This document shows, piece after piece, positions 50,105 through 59,098 of a DNA stretch of 64,000 nucleotides (position 1 is the stretch's first letter; each line of letters starts with the position of its first letter). Under the pieces are notes generated by a model. It did not search any database and had not been told where the DNA came from. It worked only from the letters and a program-made list of their open reading frames with translations. A program made the translations under genes and the position numbers. The DNA is from a virus (taxonomy: Duplodnaviria > Caudoviricetes). The stretch is from positions 1 through 64,000 of IMG/VR virus record IMGVR_UViG_3300020037_008176. One strand, 5' to 3'.

Positions 50105-50586
50105 TGGCTTACAGATATCTCTCAGCTAAAAATTTTGATAATTTCTCAGTAGCATTAAGACAACACAAAGCTCAACACTCTCATTGTCAATTGTTACATG
50201 GATATGCTTTTGAAATAAAAGTATGGTTTGCTTCTAACGAAGAAGAAATTGATAAACAATTAGACGATATGAATTGGATTGTGGATTATGGTTCATTTAA
50301 AAAACCACCACAAGGAAATGGATTAAGAGAATGGTTAGACCAACAATTTGATCATACAACTCTTATTGAAAAAGATGACCCATGTTTAGATATATTTCAA
50401 CAATTAGAACAAATGGGAATTTGTAAATTAATTGTAATGGATAAAATGGGAGCTGAATCAGTTGCCAAATTAGTTTTTGAAAAATTTAATGAAAGATTAT
50501 CTAAAACTGATGCTGGTCGTTGTAAAGTGGTTAAAGTAGAAGTATTTGAAAATAAAAATAACAGTTCAATTTACGAAGAAATATGA
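50104..50586 (+). CDS. queD: 6-carboxy-5,6,7,8-tetrahydropterin synthase
   Basis: HCQLLHGY, VDYG, FDH, AE, V-E. Confidence 0.9.
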   Translation: MAYRYLSAKNFDNFSVALRQHKAQHSHCQLLHGYAFEIKVWFASNEEEIDKQLDDMNWIVDYGSFKKPPQGNGLREWLDQQFDHTTLIEKDDPCLDIFQQLEQMGICKLIVMDKMGAESVAKLVFEKFNERLSKTDAGRCKVVKVEVFENKNNSSIYEEI

Positions 50587-50789
50587 GTAAAATAAAAGAA
50601 ATGGAATCTAAATTTAATTTTCGATTTAATGAAAATAATAAATTTCATATTTCATTGTTTACGTTTTATAAAAAAACAGGATTTCTAACAGAAAAACAAA
50701 TTAATAGAATCAAACATCCTTTAGTAGTAGATACTAGTCGAGGTTTTAGTTCTGATTTAGACAGAGAATATCAAACAGCTAATTTTTAA
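50583..50789 (+). CDS. Small hypothetical protein
   Basis: F-ISL...G-LTEKQI pattern; overlapping start/stop. Confidence 0.55.
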   Translation: MSKIKEMESKFNFRFNENNKFHISLFTFYKKTGFLTEKQINRIKHPLVVDTSRGFSSDLDREYQTANF

Positions 50790-50842
50790 TCGATTAATTG
50801 AACAAAAATTAAAATCCATAATATGTATAATAAAATACAATT

Positions 50843-51532
50843 ATGAAAGTAAAACATTATGTTTATAAAATTGTTAATTTAAAAAACAATAAGATTTATA
50901 TTGGAGTTAGGACTCACCCCAATCCTGAATTAGATAATTATATGGGAAGCGGAACTTGTATACAAAATGTAATAGAAATTGAAGGTATAGAAAATTTTAA
51001 AAAAGAAATATTAAAATATTTCAATACAAGAGAAGAAGCCGAAAATTATGAATCTTCTTTATTAACAGAGGAATTTTGTAACAGCCCTAAAACCTATAAT
51101 ATTCAACAAACTAGTAGATTTAACGATAAAATGCATGGTTTTAGAAAAGATTTATGGTATGATTATTATAACGAAATTAGAAATAAATATATTAATGGAG
51201 AAACATTACCCAATCTTGGAAAACAATATAAATGTGATAAAGGAACAATCAGAATTATATGTTCAGATATAAAAAGAACTAATTCTGAATCACAAAGAAT
51301 AAGATTTAATAAATGTATAACATCCGGGGCAAGAGATACTGAATTTGATAAACTTCATTTAAAAAAATTATTGGAGTTATATAATGTAGAAAAGTGGAGT
51401 GTAAATCGAATTGCCACATATTTTAAGAAAAGTTGTTCTTTTATAGATAGAAGATTAAAAGAACAAAACATAATAAAAAGAGCTAGAAAAGAAAATAACG
51501 AAAAACCATTTAAAAACAGAAAACATGGCTAA
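50843..51532 (+). CDS. Seg-like GIY-YIG homing endonuclease
   Basis: YVYKIVN-KNNKIYIG, YMGSG, NFKKEIL, E, YN; C-terminal HTH repeats. Confidence 0.9.
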   Translation: MKVKHYVYKIVNLKNNKIYIGVRTHPNPELDNYMGSGTCIQNVIEIEGIENFKKEILKYFNTREEAENYESSLLTEEFCNSPKTYNIQQTSRFNDKMHGFRKDLWYDYYNEIRNKYINGETLPNLGKQYKCDKGTIRIICSDIKRTNSESQRIRFNKCITSGARDTEFDKLHLKKLLELYNVEKWSVNRIATYFKKSCSFIDRRLKEQNIIKRARKENNEKPFKNRKHG

Positions 51533-52421
51533 ACTTAATTCAAATACTTTATTAATATCATCAGATTTCTTTTCTTGTCAAGGCGAAGGAAAATCAACAG
51601 GTATCCCTTCATATTTTGTTCGTTTAGGGTTGTGTAATTTAAATTGTGGAATGTCACGTTTATTTACTAATAAACTTTTAAAAGAAAAATCATTAGAAGA
51701 TGGAGAAATATTTAAAGGTGATTTAGAAACAGAAGGTAAAGCAACTTGGACTTGTGATAGTACATCTCAATGGTTATGGAGAGGAGTAGATCAAGATTTT
51801 GATTATCTAATTAATCAATGGAAAGAACAAGATATATATGAAGATATTAAAAATGGTATTATTCATATAATTTGGACAGGTGGAGAACCTACTTTACCAA
51901 AACATCAAGAAGCAATTTTTGAATTTAGTAAATATTGGGCACACCAAAATGGAGGAATTTTAGAAAATTTAAATATGGATACTACAGATGTTTTACATCA
52001 TTTTATGGAATCTGTAAAGCCAAAAAATGCTTTTTATGAAATTGAAACCAATGGAACCCAATATATAAATAAATATTTATTTAGAATTCTTGATCAAATA
52101 AATTGCTCCCCAAAACTTTCTAACTCAGGAATGAGTACCAAACAACGTATAAATTCTGAAGCCATTAAACGTATAATGGAACATCCAAATTACCAATTCA
52201 AATTTGTTATATCAAATGAAGATGATATTAAAGAAATGTTTAAAGATTTTATCGAACCATTTAATATACCACTTAAAAATGTTGTTTGTATGCCTGGAAT
52301 GGATTCACAAACACAATTTCATGAAAGAACACAATGGTGTTTAGAAATGGCTAAAAAATATAAATTTAGAGGAATGACAAGATTACACATCTCAGCTTGG
52401 GATAAAACTTTAAACGTTTAA
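51525..52421 (+). CDS. queE: 7-carboxy-7-deazaguanine synthase (radical SAM)
   Basis: QGEG...G-PS-FVRL-LCNL-C, CDS, TGGEP, IETNG, SPKL, KFV, RLH. Confidence 0.93.
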   Translation: MAKLNSNTLLISSDFFSCQGEGKSTGIPSYFVRLGLCNLNCGMSRLFTNKLLKEKSLEDGEIFKGDLETEGKATWTCDSTSQWLWRGVDQDFDYLINQWKEQDIYEDIKNGIIHIIWTGGEPTLPKHQEAIFEFSKYWAHQNGGILENLNMDTTDVLHHFMESVKPKNAFYEIETNGTQYINKYLFRILDQINCSPKLSNSGMSTKQRINSEAIKRIMEHPNYQFKFVISNEDDIKEMFKDFIEPFNIPLKNVVCMPGMDSQTQFHERTQWCLEMAKKYKFRGMTRLHISAWDKTLNV

Positions 52422-52422
52422 C

Positions 52423-52563
52423 ATGCACGAATTATTTCACATAATAGGTCTTTGCCCAGAAAGTTTGTCTCATCCAAATTTTCTTAATATATTGATTTCA
52501 AATTATCAAGAAATTATAAATTTAATAAATAAAGGTTATGAAAAGTATAAAAATTTGGATTAA
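52423..52563 (+). CDS. 46-aa hypothetical protein (not in ORF track)
   Basis: MHELFHIIGLCPESLSHPNFLNILISNYQ...* fills the gap after queE. Confidence 0.5.
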   Translation: MHELFHIIGLCPESLSHPNFLNILISNYQEIINLINKGYEKYKNLD

Positions 52564-52948
52564 ATGGAAATTTTATAGATGGAAAGCTTATTTAAATAAA
52601 AAAGCTTCTAGTAAAAGAAATCTACAAGTCGATGAAAAATTAATAAAAAGTGTAGTGGTAAAAATCTCTTCAAATGAAAAGAATCTAATTTTAATCTCAC
52701 CACTTTCAAAAACAATTTATCTTCAAACATCTAATAAAGATTATACTATTGTATTAGAAGAACACAAAATAAAAATAACAAATCACCAATTATTTATTGA
52801 ATCTCAAATTGATGAATTTTTTAGTAGAGAATTATTTAATATAGTATATCACTATGTTGAAAAATTCCGTCTTCAATTGAATAAAGAAATATTCAATAAT
52901 GAAGTTGATGGATTAAATTATATGTTAAATCAATTAAATAAAAATTAA
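52538..52948 (+). CDS. Hypothetical protein
   Basis: ORF within the Que cluster. Confidence 0.6.
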   Translation: MKSIKIWIKWKFYRWKAYLNKKASSKRNLQVDEKLIKSVVVKISSNEKNLILISPLSKTIYLQTSNKDYTIVLEEHKIKITNHQLFIESQIDEFFSRELFNIVYHYVEKFRLQLNKEIFNNEVDGLNYMLNQLNKN

Positions 52949-52953
52949 ATTTT

Positions 52954-53583
52954 ATGTTAAAAAAAGCAAACGAAAACCAATTCCGCTCATCAGAAGAAAT
53001 TGAAAAAATGATAGAGGAAGCAACTAAACATTATGGAAGTTTTTTAAATTCACTAGGATGGGATTATCTAGCTGATAGACAAACAATCGATACTCCTAAA
53101 CGTGTAGCTAAGGCTTGGTTAAAAGATTTAGTATTAGGTTCAGTAACTAAAGAACCATCAATGACAGTATTTCCAAACGAAGAAAATTATGATGGAGTAG
53201 TTATTCAAACAGGTATTCCAGTAGTTAGTTTATGTGCTCACCACAATTTACCTTTTACAGGTTATGCTTCTGTAGCATATGTACCAGGTGAAAAAGTAGT
53301 AGGTTTAAGTAAATTAAATCGTGTTGTTGATTGGTTTGCTCGTAGACCACAAATGCAAGAGTCATTAACTCAACAAATTCATGAATTTTTATCTAAAAAA
53401 TTAGATTGCCCATCAGTAGCAGTTAGTATTGCTTCTAAACATATGTGTTGTTCAAATCGTGGGATTAAACATCCAACATCAACTATGACTACTAATAAAT
53501 TTAGTGGTGTGTTTATGGAACCAAATAACTTAATTCGTGAAGAATTTTTACAAGCAATAATGAAAAACGGAAAAGATTTTTAA
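52954..53583 (+). CDS. folE: GTP cyclohydrolase I
   Basis: TPKRVAK, SLCAHHNLPF, GLSKLNR, RRPQMQE, HMC-x-x-RG. Confidence 0.97.
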   Translation: MLKKANENQFRSSEEIEKMIEEATKHYGSFLNSLGWDYLADRQTIDTPKRVAKAWLKDLVLGSVTKEPSMTVFPNEENYDGVVIQTGIPVVSLCAHHNLPFTGYASVAYVPGEKVVGLSKLNRVVDWFARRPQMQESLTQQIHEFLSKKLDCPSVAVSIASKHMCCSNRGIKHPTSTMTTNKFSGVFMEPNNLIREEFLQAIMKNGKDF

Positions 53584-53587
53584 TCAA

Positions 53588-54064
53588 ATGATGGAATTAG
53601 TAACAACTTACATATGTAAAGTTTCTGACATTGGCGTTCATTCCAATATGTTTGGAGGAACTATTTTAGGATTAGTAGACCAAAGTTCAGGAGCTTATGC
53701 TTCTCAAATTTGTGATACACCTAAAATGGTTACCATCAAAATTGATGAATTGGTTTTTAAAAACCCCGTAAAAGAAGGAAACATTATTAAAATATATGCT
53801 ACTGTAAAAGAATTCGGAAATACATCCGTTACCATGTATACAGAAGTAAGAAAACACAATGTTTATACAGGTAAACAAGAAGTAGTATTACATACCAATA
53901 TCAAATTTGTAAGAATAGACGAAGAAGGACATCCAATTCCAATTTCGGAACGTGTTAAAAAGCGTTATGAAACAAGAATTGAAAAATATGGTAAAGGTCT
54001 TCTAGATTCTGAAGAAAGGAAATTGGAAAATTTTAATGATGTTATAGCCAAATCTAATATATAA
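53588..54064 (+). CDS. Hotdog-fold acyl-CoA thioesterase (YciA-like)
   Basis: NMFGG, VT...F-NPV-EG, GNTS, FVRIDEEG-P. Confidence 0.88.
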   Translation: MMELVTTYICKVSDIGVHSNMFGGTILGLVDQSSGAYASQICDTPKMVTIKIDELVFKNPVKEGNIIKIYATVKEFGNTSVTMYTEVRKHNVYTGKQEVVLHTNIKFVRIDEEGHPIPISERVKKRYETRIEKYGKGLLDSEERKLENFNDVIAKSNI

Positions 54065-54561
54065 TGAATCCTGCTGATTTAGTAACTCCATCACTAATAA
54101 ATTATTGTTCAAATATGAATACAATAGTAGTGTGTGGATTTACAAAAACAGGGAAAATTACATTAGCAAATAAATTAGCCAAAGAATTAAATAGAAAAAT
54201 ATTCTTATCAGATGATTATCAGTTTGTAGATCCTAATGAATCATTATATGCTTTTATGAAAGATATAATTCCATTTCATCAAAATAAAACTCCTATTATT
54301 GTAGAAGGAATATTATGTTTTAGATTATTGAGAAAAGGTATTCAAGAAAGTTTATTTTTTCCTGATTTAATATTAAAAACAAATTGTAATGAATCTACTA
54401 TTCGATATTTTTATAATAAAGATAGAGAAGAACACAAAATAGAAAGAGCCTTATCTTTTAATAAAGGATTAGATAAAATTTGGAATGAATATTTAGATTT
54501 ATTATCTAAAAATCCATGGATTAGAAAACCTCAATATGTTGAATTAAATACATCTTTATAA
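54064..54561 (+). CDS. P-loop nucleotide kinase-like protein
   Basis: IVVCGFTKTGKITLA, SDDY, IIVEG, PDLI. Confidence 0.7.
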   Translation: MNPADLVTPSLINYCSNMNTIVVCGFTKTGKITLANKLAKELNRKIFLSDDYQFVDPNESLYAFMKDIIPFHQNKTPIIVEGILCFRLLRKGIQESLFFPDLILKTNCNESTIRYFYNKDREEHKIERALSFNKGLDKIWNEYLDLLSKNPWIRKPQYVELNTSL

Positions 54562-54562
54562 A

Positions 54563-54721
54563 ATGAACCAAGACGAAATAATCAAATTACAACAAGAATT
54601 AATCGATTTGTATGAACAACAAATTATGGATTTAACCCTAATGTCTAAAATTGAATTAGGTGATGATGTAATTGAAGAAATTAACAGATTAAAAGAATTA
54701 ATACATGAACAGATTAATTAA
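54563..54721 (+). CDS. 52-aa coiled-coil protein (not in ORF track)
   Basis: MNQDEIIKLQQELIDLYEQQ...* fills the gap. Confidence 0.55.
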   Translation: MNQDEIIKLQQELIDLYEQQIMDLTLMSKIELGDDVIEEINRLKELIHEQIN

Positions 54722-55379
54722 AACACAAGAAGAATTTAACCAATATATGGAAGAAATTCGACTTAGAGGAAAAAGTTTTGAACCAAACCCAACAACAGTA
54801 AGTTTTACTAATGATTCATGGGATAACTTAGAACCATATGATTTTAATAAAGAATATATAAGAATAGTAAAAGAAAATAATCACGAAACAATAGAGCGAA
54901 TTATGAAAGAAAAAAAATATGTACCATTTGTTTCTGAAGTAGAAATATTTAACACTACTTTTGGAAAATTAAACAACGAAACACCTACCACAGATATTCC
55001 TGAATTTGAGAAGAAATTTATTTATGATTTTATTCTTGAAGAATTAGAAGAATATAAAGAAGCTTATGAAAAAGATGATATCGTAGGTATTGCAGATGCA
55101 TTTGGTGATATAATGTATGTCCTTTCTGCTGGGATTTTAGTTTATGGATTAAAAGATAAATTCGAAGATATATTTCAAGAAATCCAAGCTTCAAATATGT
55201 CTAAATCTTGTTCAACAGAAGAAGAAGCAATTGAAACTGTTAAAGTAAGATCACAAGAAAAAGGTTATGATTGTCACTACGAAAAAGTAGATGATAAATG
55301 GATAGTATATCGTTCTAGTGATAGAAAAGCCCAAAAATCAATCAACTATTTTTCTCCAAATCTTAAAAAATTCATCTAA
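54705..55379 (+). CDS. MazG-like / PRA-PH all-alpha NTP pyrophosphohydrolase
   Basis: EELEEY...ADAFGDIMYV...EIQASNMSK. Confidence 0.88.
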   Translation: MNRLIKTQEEFNQYMEEIRLRGKSFEPNPTTVSFTNDSWDNLEPYDFNKEYIRIVKENNHETIERIMKEKKYVPFVSEVEIFNTTFGKLNNETPTTDIPEFEKKFIYDFILEELEEYKEAYEKDDIVGIADAFGDIMYVLSAGILVYGLKDKFEDIFQEIQASNMSKSCSTEEEAIETVKVRSQEKGYDCHYEKVDDKWIVYRSSDRKAQKSINYFSPNLKKFI

Positions 55380-55382
55380 ATA

Positions 55383-57977
55383 ATGTATCAGTCAATCTAT
55401 TACGATTTTCAAACTTATACATATCATTTACGTGATGACAAAATTGGATGGTCTGAATTTAAATATCAACCAACATTTTGGAAACGAGTAAATAATCACC
55501 AAGAAGGTGCCCAACCAGTATTAACCGGAGGTTGGGCTGTTCCTACTAAAAAATTTAATAAAGAAGATTCTAATTTATTAGAAAAAGATATAAATAAAGA
55601 ATTATTAATATTAAGAGAATTATACTACAAATATGATGATGTAGTACCTTCATTTCATAATATAGTTTATTTCGATATTGAGATTGAAATGGGAGGAGCA
55701 CTAACCCCAGAATATATTAAAGCTGCTCCAATGCCAATTACATCAATTGCTTTAATAGATGTTTCAACCAAAACTAAAATATGTTTTATTACAGATAAAA
55801 GTAAAAAAATCAATGAAACAAATGAAAAGGATGAATATGAAAAAATAATTATTCCTTGTGGTTCGGAGAAAGAATTAGTTAATAAATTTTTTAATAAATG
55901 GGAAGAATTAGATCCAACTATTATAGTAGGATGGAATAGTGCTTATTTCGATGTTCCTTATTTATATTTTAGAATTCAACAAATAATGGGAGATGAAGTA
56001 TTAAGACTATCTCCTATAAGAAAAATCAATTATAGAGAATTCATGGGTGAAACCCAAATTACTATAGCTGGGATTAACCATTTAGATTACATGCTTCTTC
56101 ATAAAAAATATATTATGAAGGAAGAACCATCATATAAATTAGGAGATATAGGAACTAAATATGTTGGATTAGGAAAAATTGAATATGAAGGAAATTTAAA
56201 TACTCTATTTGAATCAGATATTCATAAATTTATTGAATATAACTTTCGAGATGTTGAAATTATTGAAGCATTAGAAAATAAACTGAAATTCATAGATTTA
56301 ACAATCATGATTTCACATATTTGTAACATTCCTTATGAAAGTATATATTATAATACTGTAATGAATGAAGGAGCTATATTAAAATATCTCAAACGAGAAG
56401 GAATAATTTCTCCTAATAAACCTACAACTCACAATCCAGTTCTAAAAAATGCTAATTCATCTTATGCTGGTGGTTATTTACTAGAACCTATTCCAGGATT
56501 GTATTTTGATGTAATAGATTTGGATTTTACCTCATTATATCCATCAATTATAAAATCCCTTAATTTAGGAATTGAAACTCTAGTATGTAGAATTAAAGTG
56601 GAAAATAATCCTACCTATGAACAAAATCATTCATTAGAAAAACTAAAAAAAAGAGACCCTAAAGAACTACTTACTATTGAGAAAGTAAACAATATAAATT
56701 ATACTCTAAAGTCAACTAAAATTAATATTGAAACATTAATTAGACTTATAGAAGAAAATGAATATACCATATCATCATCAGGAGCTATATTTAGAACAGA
56801 TGAAAAAAGTGTTGTATCTAAAATATTAGAGGGGTGGTTTGAAAAACGTGAACATTATAGAGGATTAAAGAAAAAAGCAGGTAAAGATGAAGATTGGATT
56901 AATTACAAATTATATGATTTATTCCAACATGCATTTAAAATCCTTCAAAACGCAATGTATGGTACATTTGCTATTAATGGGTGGAGATATACTGATGGTC
57001 ATTTAATCTGTAGTTCAGCAATTACTAATTCGGGACAAAGATTAACTTGTGAATCCATAGATTTTGTAAACCACAAAATAAATAAGGAATTAAATTCCAA
57101 TAAACAACATATTTGTATTTCTGATACAGATTCAATGTATATAGTATTAGGTGATTTATTAAAACATAGATATCCTGATATTAAACCTGAGGAAAAAAAC
57201 GATAAAATATTAGAATTAGCATTAGAAATACAGAATGAAGCAAATGATGATTTAAATCGTATTTGTAGAAGTTTATTTAATATTAAACCTGATACTCATT
57301 ATTTTCAATTAAAACAAGAAGTAATTTGTGCTGGTGTATTAACTACTGGTAAAAGAAGATATGCGATGTACGTCACTAACAAAGAAGGTGTACCAGTTGA
57401 AGAATTAGATATGAAAGGACTTGAATTGATGAAGTCTAATATGAATAAATTATTTAAACAATTTGGAGAAAATTTTATTAAAAATATACTTTTTGGTAAA
57501 GAAAAATCCCTAATAGATAATTCAATAGTAGAATTTTATAAAACTCTAAAAACATTAGATCCAAGACAATTAGGTAAACCTACAGGTGTAAAACAAATTA
57601 AAAACTACCAAATCCCAGCTAAAGCTGGAGACATGTTTTCAGGTTTTATTAAAAAGGCTCCATCAAATACAAAAGCAGCAGTTAGATATAATGATTTATT
57701 AAAATTTAAAAAATTAGATAAAAAATATGAATCAATTATTGAAGGAGATAAATTATTTATTATTAATTTAAAACAAAATCCTTACCATTTAGAAACTATA
57801 GGTTTACCAAATGCTACTACACCTCCAGAAATTGAAGAGTTTGTTAAAACATATATTGATGTAGATGAAATTTTTGATTCTTTATTAGCTAATAAACTTA
57901 AAAACTTATATGAAGATTTAAAATGGGATTTCCCACCATTAAACCCAAATGTAAATAAATTTTTCACATTCAACTAA
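55383..57977 (+). CDS. Family B DNA polymerase (gp43-like)
   Basis: FDIE, GWNS-YFD, YNFRDV exonuclease motifs; DFTSLYPSII, K-LQNAMYG, SDTDS, KRRY. Confidence 0.97.
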   Translation: MYQSIYYDFQTYTYHLRDDKIGWSEFKYQPTFWKRVNNHQEGAQPVLTGGWAVPTKKFNKEDSNLLEKDINKELLILRELYYKYDDVVPSFHNIVYFDIEIEMGGALTPEYIKAAPMPITSIALIDVSTKTKICFITDKSKKINETNEKDEYEKIIIPCGSEKELVNKFFNKWEELDPTIIVGWNSAYFDVPYLYFRIQQIMGDEVLRLSPIRKINYREFMGETQITIAGINHLDYMLLHKKYIMKEEPSYKLGDIGTKYVGLGKIEYEGNLNTLFESDIHKFIEYNFRDVEIIEALENKLKFIDLTIMISHICNIPYESIYYNTVMNEGAILKYLKREGIISPNKPTTHNPVLKNANSSYAGGYLLEPIPGLYFDVIDLDFTSLYPSIIKSLNLGIETLVCRIKVENNPTYEQNHSLEKLKKRDPKELLTIEKVNNINYTLKSTKINIETLIRLIEENEYTISSSGAIFRTDEKSVVSKILEGWFEKREHYRGLKKKAGKDEDWINYKLYDLFQHAFKILQNAMYGTFAINGWRYTDGHLICSSAITNSGQRLTCESIDFVNHKINKELNSNKQHICISDTDSMYIVLGDLLKHRYPDIKPEEKNDKILELALEIQNEANDDLNRICRSLFNIKPDTHYFQLKQEVICAGVLTTGKRRYAMYVTNKEGVPVEELDMKGLELMKSNMNKLFKQFGENFIKNILFGKEKSLIDNSIVEFYKTLKTLDPRQLGKPTGVKQIKNYQIPAKAGDMFSGFIKKAPSNTKAAVRYNDLLKFKKLDKKYESIIEGDKLFIINLKQNPYHLETIGLPNATTPPEIEEFVKTYIDVDEIFDSLLANKLKNLYEDLKWDFPPLNPNVNKFFTFN

Positions 57978-57984
57978 AAATTAT

Positions 57985-58725
57985 ATGATATCAAAATTAG
58001 AATTACAAAGTGTTATAAATAAATACTATTTAAATGGACTTATTGAATCAGTTAAATGGGATATAAAAGATAATCAACTATCCATTAAATATACAGCTCC
58101 AACTAAAGAAATGTTAGGAGAAATTACCCATACCAACTTTAATTTAGAAAATTCTACTGTAGGTATTAGTAATACTTCTCAATTACTAAAATTAATCAAC
58201 ATTACTAGTGGAGAAATAATGTTAAATTATATAAAAAATAATAGAGTATTTTCTAAACTTATTATATCTGATAATCAATTTACTGTTAATTATACATTAG
58301 CTGATACATTAACAATATCAAAATCAGGAACATATAATGGGAGTGAAGAGTATGAATTATCTACTCCATTAAATAAAGAAATTATTTCTGCTTTAATCAA
58401 AGCAAAATCTGCTCTAGATGAAAGTAAAACAGTAGTAATTAAACCATATATGGGTTTAGATGGAGATTCTCAATTAGAATTTATTTTTGGAGGAGATATA
58501 GAATACTCCAATAAAGTTTCATATTATTTAACAAATATTAAAGTTACATCTACTATTCTAGATTTCACATTAGGTTTCAACTCAGATTTATTCAAAGAAA
58601 TCCTTACAGCTAATAAAGATATAGATGAAGCTAATTTATCTATTAATCTAGATGGTTTAATGAAACTAGAATTCAAATCAAATAACATTAAAAGTGTATA
58701 TTATTTAGTTAAAAAAGATATTTAA
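57985..58725 (+). CDS. Sliding clamp (gp45-like)
   Basis: 246-aa two-domain alpha/beta pattern ending S-YYLV; between PolB and clamp loader. Confidence 0.75.
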   Translation: MISKLELQSVINKYYLNGLIESVKWDIKDNQLSIKYTAPTKEMLGEITHTNFNLENSTVGISNTSQLLKLINITSGEIMLNYIKNNRVFSKLIISDNQFTVNYTLADTLTISKSGTYNGSEEYELSTPLNKEIISALIKAKSALDESKTVVIKPYMGLDGDSQLEFIFGGDIEYSNKVSYYLTNIKVTSTILDFTLGFNSDLFKEILTANKDIDEANLSINLDGLMKLEFKSNNIKSVYYLVKKDI

Positions 58726-58791
58726 ACTTGACTACTAGATAAAAATTTTATATATTAATTAAAATAAAAAATAACCAAAAAAATAATTTAT

Positions 58792-59076
58792 ATGTTAAAA
58801 GCAGTTTTCAATTCAATTATTGTTAAGCCCCAAGAACAAGATGAAACCACTTATGGTTCAATTATAGTTCCAGATTTAGGTAAAGAAAAAGGATTAAGAG
58901 GAACCATAATATCTGTAGGAGAAGGATATCATTCAGCAACTGGAACATTTGTTGAATCAACACTTAAAGTAGGACAACAAGTAATTTTACCTTCAATAGG
59001 TCCTACTAAAATAGAAGATGATGGTCAAGAATATTGGTCATGTTCTGAAAACCAAGTATTAGCTATTGTAGAATAA
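58792..59076 (+). CDS. groES: Co-chaperonin GroES
   Basis: TTYGSIIVPD...G-IISVGEG...LKVG...VLAIV. Confidence 0.92.
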   Translation: MLKAVFNSIIVKPQEQDETTYGSIIVPDLGKEKGLRGTIISVGEGYHSATGTFVESTLKVGQQVILPSIGPTKIEDDGQEYWSCSENQVLAIVE

Positions 59077-59098
59077 TTAAAAAATATAAAACAAATTT

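Noticed and set aside
2428-57977. Inteins or introns in terminase, helicase, RecA, RNR or PolB
   Set aside because: Lengths are normal, motifs are contiguous and no intein splice-junction blocks were seen
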